Notes: generated by a model from the letters alone, not told the origin. A DNA stretch of 64,000 nucleotides from Perna viridis (GCA_037379345.1 CM074516.1:31161626-31225625), one strand, 5' to 3'; shown: positions 12,803 through 25,875, counted from the stretch's first letter. Program-made: numbers and translations.

Positions 12803-15800
12803 ATGTTTAATTTTCTGAAATTCAGAAGGAAGTTTAATGTGGTTGTAACGCATTGCAGATGTCAGAATAAGGTATGTGTTTGTGAATAATTAATTGAAAA
12901 ATATCAATATCAATATTTTAAATCGGATAGTTGTATATGAATCATAATAAGTCGTTTGATAATCACAGATATTCACATGAATGAATTGGCTTCAATTAAT
13001 AGTCATGATCTACATTTTAATGTGTAATGTGAAGTTCATCTGTGATGTTTGTATGTTCTGAAAAGAAAGGCATGGACATTATAAATCTGTCTAAAGTAAC
13101 ATGAAACTGTTGAAAACGTTGATATGTGAATTCGTCGTATTTTTGGTATTATAATCCAAGCTTCAAAATGATGTTTAAGATTGGAAGTTTTAAAACAGTT
13201 ACATATTTTGCAGACTTTTACCTTGATGGACAGCGTCATGATGGAGAAAAAATGGTGTAGTACGCTGACCGACTCAAATGACATTATCATACATTTACGT
13301 ACATCTTATTCATCTGGGCTTGTGTTTGACGTTCTTTATATCGCCATAACAAATGAAAAATTCCCCCTTCCAACCAATGTGTTTGGTTACGTGTCACAAT
13401 CTGGAATGAAAATTCCTTTGAAGAATAGTTTGTCTGGAAGTAAAATCAGACTATTGGTATATGGATTGCAAAAACGATTATTTAACGGGGAACCTTTCGA
13501 CGAAGTAGTGTGTTTTGGGGAAAGTGAAATAACAAGTGAGTTTTTGTTTGTTTTTTTAAAATAACTGTAACATGTACATAGAAAACACGTACCGATGTTA
13601 CAATTAGTAATATAATAAAACAATAAGTGGCTGACATTGATCAGATTTTTCTATGAGGTGATACTAGAAGCATGAAATTTTATCATTCTATAAAGAGTAA
13701 AGCAAACATTATTTTATCACACCTTTAAACTACTTTTTACCAGAATATAATGAAACTGATATTGTTTAAATGCAATCGTTTAATTTTATTCTTTCATCTT
13801 TTCAGTTAAACAACAGACAAATTTTCAAATAGATATAACTCTGAATAAGAATATGGAAATACCAGTTGATTCTTCGTACAAGGTATACATCTAACGTTAA
13901 TTACTGTGTGGTTTACTTGTTCAATACAAATATATCAAAACCCACATGAAATTTCTTTAGTATCAAATTTATTTAGGGATTGAATGTTTCGTAATTGATC
14001 TTACATCGGCGTTGACCGTATTACATTTTCAGTGAAGCACGCTTACTCCCTCATACTGACTTTGATCTAAGTGTTATCTAGTTATTGTTCTTTTTCTTCT
14101 TGTTTTTCCAAGAATTTCAGGTACTGCATGACGTACCATCAAAAATTATACGGACTACTCCAGAAGTATCTGCCGTACCAGGTGCTATGCCCCTGCATTT
14201 AATATGATTCCTTATTTTATTTCAATTATATTTTAAATGTACATAGGAAATGGGCGATACACTAATACGATATTAACAGTGATCAATAAAAATATTCCAT
14301 TTAGTCATTTTCATTGGCCTTTATAAATAGTTCGAAGACGTGCTTCATCGACTCATGTGATATCACGTGTAAAATCGGTTATCCAATGATATACTAGTAA
14401 GCGTATTTTAATGATATGAAAAGTAAATGTAATCATTCATTTTTCATTTTAACTGTGTATTTACTTCTTCCATGTTTTTTTTACAAAAGACAACACAATG
14501 AAACACTTTGCAATTTTGAAAAAAAATATATTGAATTAGTTGTGATTACTTAATGATATTTATGAACATTATGACGGATACAACTTAAAATAAACAATAG
14601 ATATCAATGTATATTTTATCAATTTTCAGGGTGACCTTGACGTAAAGGTCCAACGACATATCCCACCTAAATATACACTAAGACATGACTCATAATTTTT
14701 CTTTCAAGTCGAATTTCTCATTTTCATTAAATACTGTAGTAAAATTTTCATTCGTTGTGTAATAGCAAAATCATTGGACTACGAGATTCCCATAGACTTT
14801 CCTTCCGCCACCAATGTTTTATGCATCGTATTAGCAACCACAAGAGAGCTATATGAAAAAGGCAAAGTGTATGTATCCAAAACAACTGGTAGCAGTTCTT
14901 CCTTTACTTTCAAAACATGTAAGTTTCTATTTAAACAAACAAATTATTCCATCTAATTTGACAGCAAAGAATGTGATAAAAGTATGCATAGAATTTAATT
15001 TAATCAAATAACATTCAAAAATTTTAAAAAAAATACTAGGAATGTCAAAACTGTTCAATGCTCCATTTTGAAAACATTTTATTAAAAGTACTACTCATAT
15101 TAAAACTGCAAATTCCAGTAAGCTGTACACTGTTTCAATGAGTTATATCTTATAAGCAGTATTAGTAAATACTAAATAAGTAAGGTGATATCTTAAATAT
15201 CAAATAACATTTCAGATGCCAGGGTACACTTGACTAGAATATCATATACTATTTCAGATGCATTGCATTAGGTACCGACTCTGTCGAACAAAACATCAAA
15301 ACAACATGAATATATAATCATCGATTTATATACTTGCACGAAATTGACGGTTACCCTGCAAGAGACAATAATTATTGATTGTGGAAAGAAAGAATTGAAT
15401 CTTACTTTTATTTTATTTTCTTTCCGATGTAATAACTTATTCTGTCAACTGTTCTCAAACTACACATTTCCGTTTCTTACATCGTTAATATCAATATATA
15501 ACAATCACCACTTTCAAAACAGGATACCCTTAACAGCTTATGTCAGGATCATCTTCATATTTGTTTCAGATTTGAACAAGGATGATATACATTCGCTGTT
15601 TTTCTTGGCAACTAAGTACGGATTGCGTGTTGGAAAACCTAATTTGCATCCAATAAGATACATCTACAGAAATAAACCTGATCACTACTTTAACAACATC
15701 CGATTTCAACGAGACGGTATCATGGAGCCATATCTAAAAAGTAATGGAGGTGAGCAAGGTTCTGTGTTAAACGGTCGACTAAAAGGATTGTTTTTCAGTA

Positions 15801-16249
15801 CACTGGTAGATCCTTTAACCAACATGCCATACGATTTCTCATATTTTGGGAACATTCGGTTGTATGTGGAAGCTAGCTATCTCTTTCATCCTAATTGCAA
15901 TTTGTACTTTTCTGACTTTTATTGCCATACCAAACGGCATCACGTGACTTTAGTTCTCACTCCAAAATCATCTCCTACGAATGAACTTTGTAGAAAATAT
16001 CTTCTCCAGCTAGATATACTCAACAATCCCTATCTCCATATTTTCAGATACAATGATGGTTCATTTTGTGTGTTAGCCAATATGAATGTTGTTGTTGAGA
16101 TCTTTTATACAGACCCGATAGATATTTCAAGCCTTTTAGAAATTGGTGCAGGCTTTATGAGAAGGACACCTACCAAGGGAAGAGGATACGCCTTACCATC
16201 TGGCATTCCAAAGAATTCGTCATGTGTTTTATGTAATTTGTATCGATGA
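12803..16249 (+). pseudogene. PHYHIP-like copy A (complete exon set, one in-frame TAA)
   Basis: Exons 12803-12871 (tentative), 13214-13535, 13806-13882, 14630-14918 and 15570-16249, with GT-AG sites and matching phases (0,1,0,1). The last exon has the PHYHIP C-domain motifs YRN..YF, PYLK.NGG..GS..NG.L.GLFFS, F.P..NLYF.DFYC, NNPYL, K...C..CN. TAA at 14693-14695 lies in frame. Confidence 0.8.
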
Positions 16250-16914
16250 TGTTTTCGTCGGAAAAAAAGGAAACAATATCATTAATATCAAAACAAGAGA
16301 TGTGTAATTATGTAACATTTCGTCTTTTGAATTACGCACGGCATTCGTATTAAACGGATAATCAGCGTGTTTGGCGAAATAATAGCTAAGTTTCGAACAT
16401 TTTGTGAAAAGGAACCTTCTTTTGTACTTATTCATAAATATAACGATGCTAAAAAATCAAATTCAATAAATAATTTTGTCAAAGGCTAATATTTGTTTCA
16501 CTTAATCTGATTTTTCCTCAAATGTTCATCAAAATATCCCCAAAATTGTAATGTTTTCAAATAAAATATGCAATTGTACGTGTTGGCTGAACATAAACCG
16601 AATTTCTTATAAACTTTGTAATACAGGTATTATTACATTTTTCGAAAATCCATATCATATTATGGTCCTTTATATTAGTTCAATTGTTTGATACCTCTCC
16701 CAAATTCGGTACTTAACTCTGACTACCTTAATGCAATTTGTGTTGTACACCGGAAATTGCTTCGCGGATTTGTAATGAGTAGCGATCATGCCTTGTGAAT
16801 GTTTAAAAGAGCCTAAAAGCTATGGGATTAATAGGCAGTAAATACCGCACTGATTGCAAGTCTGCAGATAAGTTAATATGTCATTATATATTGTAACAAT
16901 TTAAAGAAATGAAA

Positions 16915-17892
16915 ATGTTTTTTAGTGATGACCTCAATCTTGTAGCAACATAACGCTGTTCCAGAAGCCTATTTGTCAGAATTCTAGCGCAATACAAAAA
17001 GTCTGCGTAGTTTTGGCAAGCTCTTCCATATCGTATGAGTTGTGATATGAACACTTCAGGTGCTGAAGAGGTGTTCCCACAGATAAAAGGAAAGTTTACA
17101 CTTCTAAATAAAAAAGTCATCACGTTTGTCGTAAAGTTTGGTCAATAGATTTCCTTTACCATCGATTTCTAAGTTTTGGTCATGATATGAGGCTGATTTC
17201 ACAGTGTCTGTAGTATCCTTTATATCAAGTTTTTTTAGGTAGATGCGATGTATCTAATACACAAAATTCGGATTGTTAAAAGATAATACATCATCTATAT
17301 AGCGGAAACTGAGATTAAAGGATCTAGCCCAACGATATTTTTAGGGTCAGATCAGCAATAAAGTCAGCCTCATTAGAGTGAAAGAATATGTCAGCAAGTA
17401 AAGGAGCACAATTTGTTCCCATTGTAATGCCGACCGTTTGTTGAAAAAAACACCATTCTGGTCAAATATGTTGTCTATTAAATATTCCAGTATTTTGTAA
17501 ACATCTTCCTCTGTATATTTGGAAAAGGATTTGGAATTATTTTTTACACAGTATTAGGAATCTTCACCAAGAACTATATATTTGTATCTAGGTGTACCAT
17601 CTTTTTTTGAAAAAAAACAACGATGTATAATGTTTTAAATTCGGGATTTTAACTGAGTATGTGGAATAGAAGTATACAGTGTTGAAAAATCATAGGTTTA
17701 ATGCTATTATATTCTGATAATAGTCTTGAACTGATTGTCTCCAAAAGATCATTCGAATTTTTCAGAGTCCACATTGAATTAATACCACTAGGGGGTAACA
17801 AGTGTTGTGGTAAGACTGCAAATCGTCTTTGACAGATGTGAGTATAGAAGTTAAAAGTTTTGAAAGGGGTTTAGTGGTACAATTTGCAGATT
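16915..17892 (-). mobile_element. Naiad PLE RT fragment (older, degraded)
   Basis: Colinear with 8455-9425 (SAKCTTKPLSK through VATRLRSSL), with many indels. Confidence 0.85.
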
Positions 17893-18590
17893 CAGTATTT
17901 AGTTTTATGATGATATCGTCAAGGTCTTCTAGTTTATTAGTAAAATATTCTCTGAACCTGAAGAATCTAGCAAATTTGTCTAGGTCTTCTTCCAGTTGAA
18001 CTTCATTTATATTGTTATGAGTAGGAAAAATTCAAACCTTAAGATAAAAGTGTAGTTTCAGTTTCAGATAGAGCAATAGATGAGAGGTTGACAACTGTAG
18101 TGGTGGAATTTCCTTTGAAAATTGATTTTTTCTTATATCTGCGATAAAGAATTTTTAAGCGTAGTTTTGTCCTGTGAAAAAATACGTATTTCTGTATTGT
18201 CCGATGTGTGTACAATCGCCTCGTGTGAATTTGTAAAGTTGTTTACTTTTTAATTTCTTGGATTTAATAGATCGGATTTCGACTAATCGTCTCTGAATAT
18301 TACAAATTTCCAGATCAGATAGAAAAGAACGAGCTTGTTTCAGTAAATTTTAATGATCTGTGATGAAATCGGTTGGATTTTTCTCCAGTGGGGGAAGCCT
18401 TTTGTGCTGACTTATTCCTTGGTGAAACTCTCGCAGCTACTTTATTTGAATTGGGAAGTCATTCAAAAACATCCTAAGCTCTCCAAAGTCTTTCCTGAGG
18501 CACTTGTTCTGGCATTCCGTAGACCTAGGAGTCTAAGAGATGCCCTGGTAAGAGCCCATCTCAGCCCAAACAAAATACAAATATTCTGAA
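17893..18590. mobile_element. Neptune/Penelope-type PLE fragments in inverted arrangement
   Basis: Minus strand: VVNLSS.ALSETETTLLS.GLNF.PT....EDLDKFARFFRFREYF (PLE N-terminal domain). Plus strand 18353-18589: PFVLTY...WEVIQKHPKLSKVFPEALVLAFRRPRSLRDALVRA (RT-to-GIY-YIG linker of C-terminal-EN PLEs). Confidence 0.7.
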
Positions 18591-18757
18591 ATGTGAACAA
18601 TATTTATTTGTTGTGACATGTATCGTTAATTCTCTATCCTACGTAATAACACCTATATGAACTGTCAAGTACTACCATACATCACGTTCTAAATTACAGC
18701 CCTAGATTAATCCTACGAGAAGGAATGACCCGGCCAGCGAAAACTATAGTTTTATAT

Positions 18758-18920
18758 AACCTAGCTGGCCGAGTGGGCTAGGGAGCTGGACTTAGTGCCG
18801 GTGGTGTTGCCACAGATGACACAGCATACGAGTTCGAGTCCTGCGGAGGGAACGACCAAACATTCGCTTTGCAAATCTGTCAGTTTTGACATCATCATTG
18901 GATATTTTCAGACTCTTTTT
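18758..18920 (+). mobile_element. tRNA-derived SINE
   Basis: Pol III A box tggccgagtgg and B box gagttcgagtcc, followed by a non-tRNA body. No acceptor stem could be formed. Confidence 0.65.
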
Positions 18921-19838
18921 TATATAGACAAGTCTAAAGGAATCTGCCAACCAGCAAACTTAACTGGTATCGGATCGTTGAGTCATGACGATGCAGCACA
19001 AACAAAAAAATTATATGTCTAAAGGATTGTACAACGATACCGATAAAGATGTTAATACACTATAATAAAATATATAATGAGCAAAATTTTCAGTCAACAA
19101 ATGACCTTCAGTGCCTTATCGTTGTATAATCCTTCAGACTTATACAAATATATATATTTCTACTTTCGTGTATAGACGTTATGGATGGTGGATGGTAATG
19201 GTTTAACATTGTGGCATTTTTCGTTTCTCTCAGGTCAGTTGTTTATTGAAGCCCAAACGCAAAAATAAAAGTAGAAGTAGTAAATATACACAGCGAGTGT
19301 TAAGTTAGACAATAAAAGATTGGCGTGTCATATGTCATGAATGAATACAATCGTCACAAGATTTTTAAAAAATGTTAGTTATATTATTTTTATCCCTACT
19401 TTTTTAACAAAAATATTTTTCGTAAAGGTGGTTTAAACCGTTTGAAATCGTACTCGTAGACAACTCTTGGGCAAATATAACTTAAAGAAATTGAATTGTA
19501 TATGTAAAGGAACTGTTTTCTTCTTCTCAAATCTATTATTTTAAAAGATTAATCCAATAAAATCAAATAGTTGTGTTATTCACATTGCACGAGTTTTTAC
19601 ATATATACTATTTAAACAACGTAGTTACAGAACACTTTATCCATATTTGGGGGTCTTCATATCAGGGCTAATCTTTTGATAACAAACATTTATGCGGTGT
19701 ACTATATATAGAAAGGCATAAAAATAGCATGACTTTTAAAGGACACGATGTTATTGATTTTCAGAAATATACAGGAAGTCCGTTCAATGAACTGAAATTT
19801 TAATTCCTTCATTTTAGACGAATCACACCATCTTTATC

Positions 19839-22800
19839 ATGTCCTATAGAAACGTTGACAATAGCATTTCATTAGAACGCTGTGAAGTAGTAAGTATATT
19901 GATAAACGTAAATAAACTTTTAGAGAAGAAAGAATAAGTTTTAGACAAAACTTTTTTCACATGAATGTTTGGAATGACCCAGGATATTTTCTAGTACATA
20001 AAGGATATCAAATACAACAAAATGTAGCATTTTATATTAGAGATTATATCACAACATGTTCACTGATTTTGGTTAAACTAGTGTTCCAGGATACAAATGA
20101 TACAGACTATATTATCATAGTGAAATAATAGTTGTCCATAATTCTATTTTATCTCAACCTGAAATCATGACGGTGTATTTACTACTAGAGAAATGTAGAT
20201 GCAATTAATTTGGCTATGGTGATCTACCATGAAAACGTCACAAACAATCTTCAGCCGAGTACAATTTAAAAAACAAATCCATGCCGATTATTTCATATTC
20301 CTATACATAACCTATTGCATCAAACGTTCTCAACTACAAAAAAAGGTTTTGTAGTAAATGAAGATTGAGGACTTCAAGAATGTGTTTACATAAATGATTC
20401 GAACCAACAATTCCATAGAGTGAGCAGTAGAATTAAAGGACCAAAATTATCTCTTTTTAGACTGCAACATGGGCATGGACGTTTACTCTGAAGGATTCAC
20501 ATGATAAAATTGTACCTCTTAGTATTACCTGTCCGATCAACGTGGTTTTTAATGTATTGTATATCCTTGTCATCAATAAAGAAGACTCTTCATCAACTAA
20601 TATATTTGTTAATACTCACAAAAGTGGACTTACTATATTGGTTAATCTAAACTTGAACTTTGTTGGATGGAAAGTTAAGGTTTTAGGGTTTCAGACTATC
20701 AACTCGGTTACAGGGCAGTTTGATATAGCATTATGCAGTGGTACTACAGATATAACTTGTGAGTTTAAACATAAAGAGTAAATACTTGAGAAAAAAAAAA
20801 CAAATCTATCTTTTGATGTTACAAACATTATAATGCTGACGTTAGTAATTGAGAGCAATATTACTACTAATGTACATGTAATGCGTTAAAAGTATTATTA
20901 TTTACTAGTTTTTTTTCTATTGTATCATTTTCAATAAGAATTTGAAATTACTAAGATGAACAAATGAAATAAATTGGTTTAGTTGTTCAAAGACACTCAG
21001 AAAATTGACTTAACTTTTCTAAAATTCTTTATAATTACTTTACTCGTGTCATGTAATCAACATTTGATAACGAAATGAACTTTTTGAGCCTGACAACACA
21101 CAGAAGGAACAGCTCGAACAAAGATGTGCCACCACAAATAAACACAATAATTTCGAACCGACTCAACTCTTTATGCGAAACGTCGCGTGCTTGCCAGAAA
21201 AAACACTGACTACCAATTTGAGACTTTTTTGTATGACCCGTTGATCATTTAAAAAATTCCAGTATTCAAAACGAGCAATCTCCCCCCGAAGCGGTTAAAA
21301 AGTTAAATAATCAAGTATTAGAACAAACGGTTTAAGGTATGTAAAGACTAACTAACAAATGGTAGTAAATCTTTGATTCCTAAAAATTTGATAAATCTCG
21401 TTATATCCACTGATGTATTTATGTAAATTATGATGTAAATTATAGTATCAGAATCGGGTAGTTGTGACGTCTTCTACATAAACATGGCTGTAATTAATGA
21501 AGTGGATTTACCATTACAAGTTCCTACTCAGGTATAGTATAAATAATTAACATCGTAGTGCTATTCAAATATGTTCTTATTTTAATCTAATGAAGAAAAT
21601 GAACCCTGTTTTACAGAAAGTGTTTGATTTAAACTTTATGAGTGTGATATTGGTAGTAAAACATAATATTTTGTTAGGAAAACCGATACTACATTGACAA
21701 CCATTTGTTAATAGATTTAACCGCTCTTTAGGAAATAAAATATATCAGAAAAATTGTAGTTAAGATGAGTGCGACAAATGTATGTAACACTCGAAGGGTG
21801 ACAATAATAACATATATCAAAACATTTTATAGGGTACACTTCCAGTCAGCGTTTTCCGTCAACCGCCCTCATTGTATAGATTGGATATTAATCATATTTT
21901 CTCTCAAGAAAGGGATTTCATAGTGTTTGTAAAATTCAAGAGGCAGTTAAGATGTTACGTTATTCAACGTCAACGAATTTCTAAATACCAATTTCCATTT
22001 GAAATACCTTCTGCAACAACCGTGAACTGTAAAGTCATCTGTGCTCGTCGGCATCAGATTGAAGACAGTTTCGTGTGTCTCGCCACCATTTCTCACAGCC
22101 AGACAATTACGTTTAAAACTTGTAAGTATAATATATAAATAGGAAATTATTCCTATGCGACAAATCAGATATGGACGTATAATGTTCTAGCTTTAACAAA
22201 AATTAAGCCGTCCTGATAAACTGCAAATCAATCAATGTGGTAATAAAGCGTACGTCTATAAAAAAAAAACAATACAACATGTTAAGATATAAGCCTGCAC
22301 ATGAAAAAGCTTGTTAAGTCATGACTATTGCCGGGATTTTCGCCTATCTGTGTTTTGCCTTGATATTGCCCATTCTTATATGGACCTTTTCTTTCGACTA
22401 TCGCTTTTGTTTATTAGATCGGTAATTTTTGTTTTGCCCTACCTTTGAAAGAGATCGTTCCCACTTTGTATGTCATAGTTATAAATGTGAAATGTTTATG
22501 ATCTCAAACTTTCAAAATATCTTGGCACTGCTACGATGTTAAAAACCCTTCTCAGAGAACACCAAAAACAAATCAATATAAAATTTGGTAGAATTTTAAG
22601 TACTGTTATTATGAATGCATTAGTGTCTTGCGATATCATGGTATTTAAGAGGTGGGTCTTTATAACTGTTGAATATTGAAATATTTTTTTAAATTCTATC
22701 CCATATCATTCATTTCGTCTTAAGGATGTTCGCTGGTCATGTTCAGCCATGGGTTGTCAGATTTTTAAACTCCTCAGGTTTTATCCATTTCATAACATTA

Positions 22801-23968
22801 ATATTTTTTGCCCATTGACCCCAACCTTTCTTCTAATAATTGAATTTAACACACCTTAAACTATTATTTCGGACGTTATTTTAGACTCCTCTGGTTTTAT
22901 CCATTTCATAGCATTAATATTGTTTGCCCATTGACCCCAACCTTTCTTCTAACAATTGAATTTAACACACCTTAAACTGTTATTTCGGAAGGTTTTTTAA
23001 AATCCTTATTAATTCTTCAGTTGTTTTAATAGACTGAACCTACTTAGACAAACCTATAGAAAATCTTGAGAAATCCTTTTTCCACCAAAATTTCAAATGC
23101 TAATATTTCAAAAACGAGCACACTGACCCATATATTTTTTTATATTGTTCTATCATGAAAGATATTAAAAGATGTCACCAATCTTTGAAATCCTTGGTTT
23201 CAGACCAGCAAACATTCTTAACATTTGCTTCTTTTCAGACGAACTACTATCGCTTTGTGTGTTTATTTGTCATAACTCTCTTTATTTATTTCAGTCCTTA
23301 GCCTATCCGATACATACAGACTATATAACCTAGCAATGGAATTTGGATCTAGAAAAGTTACAGTAAACCTAAAGCCTATTCAATTTTTCTATAGAAACAA
23401 GTCTGTTGAATATTTCAACGTGATACTGAATCATCTAGGTGGTGAAATGCGGCCATATTTAAAGAGTAATGGCGGAGAGCAAGGCTCTGTTCTGAACGGA
23501 CGACTTCCAGGGTTGTTTTTTAGTACATATCTTGATCCGAATACGAACTTGCCAAACCCCTGTTCGTTCTATGGACCAGTTAGGTTGTATGTTCAAGCTC
23601 TAATCATGTTTAATCCTCAATGTAATCTTTATTTTGCCGATTTTTACTGCCATTACAAACGACACCACGTGACAATCATCCTAACTCCGAAGTTGTCTCC
23701 TTGTGTTCCGTTTTGTCGGCAGTATTTGACTGAACTGAATATTTTCAATAATCCTTATTTATGCTTGCATGCAACTCCCCAAGGTTTATTTGTCATGGCC
23801 AACATGGACGTCACGACGGAGGTTTTCTATACAGAAACTATTAATGTTATCAGCATACTAGCATTGAATTCAGGAAAATTTGAGAGATCCACAACCATTG
23901 GACGAGGATATGCTCCACCTACAGGACTTCCTAAAAATTCTGCATGCACAGTTTGTAATCTAATATAG
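19839..23968 (+). CDS. PHYHIP/PHYHIPL-like protein copy B, intact, about 465 aa (two FN3-like modules plus PHYHIP C-terminal domain)
   Basis: Exons 19839-19889, 20461-20758, 21446-21531, 21833-22121 and 23295-23968. All GT-AG, phases 0,1,0,1, 1398 nt with no internal stop. The C-terminal exon FYRNK..EYF...MRPYLKSNGG..GS..NG.LPGLFFS...YG..RL.....FNPQCNLYFADFYC.Y..H.V..L.PK.S....FC...L..L....N.YL...E..YTE...KNSACTVCN matches the recalled PHYHIP family sequence. Divergent paralog, so no symbol given. Confidence 0.88.
20195..20380 (+). mobile_element. Old internal Naiad fragment in intron 1 of copy B
   Basis: Homologous to 40855-41040 (DAINLA...PIISYSYT...IEDFK). A counterpart lies at 30290-30456. 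Confidence 0.7.
22721..23221. mobile_element. TTAA-flanked MITE (Kolobok-like) in the last intron of copy B
   Basis: TIRs aggatgttcgctggtc / gaccagcaaacattct flanked by TTAA. Internal ~118-bp tandem duplication (about 22768-23000). Orthologous copy at 32636-33020. Confidence 0.65.
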
Positions 23969-24230
23969 CGTTATAAATGATAAAAAAATCAATTCAAGTG
24001 GTTTTTTCCTTAAACGAAATTTTATTAACCTTTATATAGAATTACGGTACGTTCTTTGCAAAAAGCTACCCGCCCTTCAGTTTAAGTTCATAATAAGTCG
24101 TCTGTTCGTATTTCATTTCTTTTTTGTGTTTTTTGTAAGTGTTTTCCTCTGTTGTCTGCTTCGTTTATATCTATGAATGAATTTCTGTTTGTTTGACAAT
24201 TCATTTTTCTCCTTTTCAATTTAACATTGT

Positions 24231-24402
24231 TTAAAATGTTTTGCTTCACCAGCAGATCGCGTCACATTGATGACATCAGGTGCTCATCCGAAAGGATTAA
24301 AATGTTTTGCCTCACTAGCGGCACCCGTCACATTGATGACATCAGGTGTTCCTTCGGAAGGTTTAAAATATTTTGCTTCACCAGCGGCCCCCTTCACATT
24401 AC
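24231..24402 (-). repeat. 66-bp tandem repeat (~2.6 units) of a Naiad-3'UTR-related motif
   Basis: Units start at 24233, 24299 and 24365. The reverse strand reads gacgggtgccgctagtgaggca...atcctttcggatgagcacctg. Confidence 0.8.
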
Positions 24403-24479
24403 AAGTGAGTAATTCAAGTAAATGTCCAGTTCGGGAGGTTGTAAAACCTGAATTCAAGTTCAAGATTTCTTTTAACGAA

Positions 24480-25725
24480 AATTGGTACAGTTTTTATGAA
24501 TATCTAACTATAAATAAATTAATAACTTGTTGTCAATCTAGTTTTAGACCAAAACATTCTTGTGAGACAGCATCAAATAACCAATGTTGATCGGCTAAAC
24601 ATATATGGTTGTAAAGTAACGAGTGTATTACATATTGACCTAAGCAAAGCCTTTGATACTGTGAATTATATTGTATCATTATATACCTTGAAATATTTTG
24701 CTGTTTGTGGTCATTTACTTTAATGGTTCAAATCCTATCTAATAGACAACAATGTGTTGCATGGAATGGAATTTTGTCACAGCCAAAAATTATAACTACA
24801 GCTGTCCCACAGGGTTCTATACTTGGACCTTTACTTTCTATATATTATATGTAAATGATGTTTAAAATATTCACATGCTACAAATTATGCAGAGAATATA
24901 TCCAAAATGTATCCGATAACTCAATTGATACCAAATTAAATGCAGGCAATGGATGAAAAAGAAATAAATTGACAATGAATTTAAAGAAAACACAATGTAT
25001 GTTAATTGGAACAAAGCAATAGTTGTCAAAATGTGGAAAAATATGTGATGAAATTAATGATGTTATTTTTTGAAACTGTTGATGTATTAAAACTCCTAGG
25101 AGTAAATATAGATTGTTCTCTGACATGGTCTTTTTAACTAAGAAGATATCGAGAAAACTATTTGTGTTACATAGATTTAAAAGAAAGTCTAGCAATGCTT
25201 TACTTAAGGTTATAAGTCTGTAATTTTTCCTCGTTTTAATTACTGTTATACAACTTGGTCAGGTGCAAAAATGTTGCTAATATTGATAAGATTTTTAAAC
25301 TTCAAAAAAGAGGGGCACAGATAATTTTAAATGAGCAAAATGTCTTGACTCCATCTATTGTACTTTTTTTTTTTAAAATTAAATGGACAGCTATGCCTGA
25401 TTACAGATATACAGCAATGCAATTTTGGTTTTCAAGTCCATAAATCTATTGGTTCCAGAATATTTAAATATATTTAGATATGTTCATCAAGTTAGTGTGA
25501 GATCCACCAGACAGAGCAATCAAAATTTATTGTTTGTTCCAAAATGTAAAACAGAATGTTATATGAGCCTTTTCATTACATCTGGTAGGTATCTGTGGTC
25601 ATTTAAAAAAAATGTAAAACCGAAGAAAGTCATATTTAGAACAGTACTTTGGTTAATCTAAGTGTATATCACCTATATATTTTTTAGTAATGTAATTAAT
25701 TTTTAATTTTAGTTTGGTTTAATAT
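24480..25725 (+). mobile_element. Degraded CR1/L2-type LINE RT
   Basis: QSSFRPKHSCETA, IDLSKAFDTVN, WFKSYL, VPQGSILGPLLF, LQKRGAQIIL, with many frameshifts. Absent from the duplicate unit near 34575. Confidence 0.8.
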
Positions 25726-25875
25726 ATAACGAGTATAGGTGTTGTGTATTTGTCAAATAATCCCACCCTGGATGCAAATGTCAGCCCAAGGCCACCCATT
25801 GGTATTCAATTAACGACGAGGTAATCCTCATACCACAGGACAGGCTGCAGCTGGCCCCACAACATCATTGTACAC

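Noticed and set aside
15344-15569. N-terminal part of the 301-aa ORF 15344..16249
   Set aside because: Intronic read-through. The real exon starts at the acceptor tttcag|15570, in phase with the upstream exon.
18758-18850. tRNA gene
   Set aside because: A and B boxes are present, but no cloverleaf or acceptor stem forms and the sequence continues into a SINE-like body.
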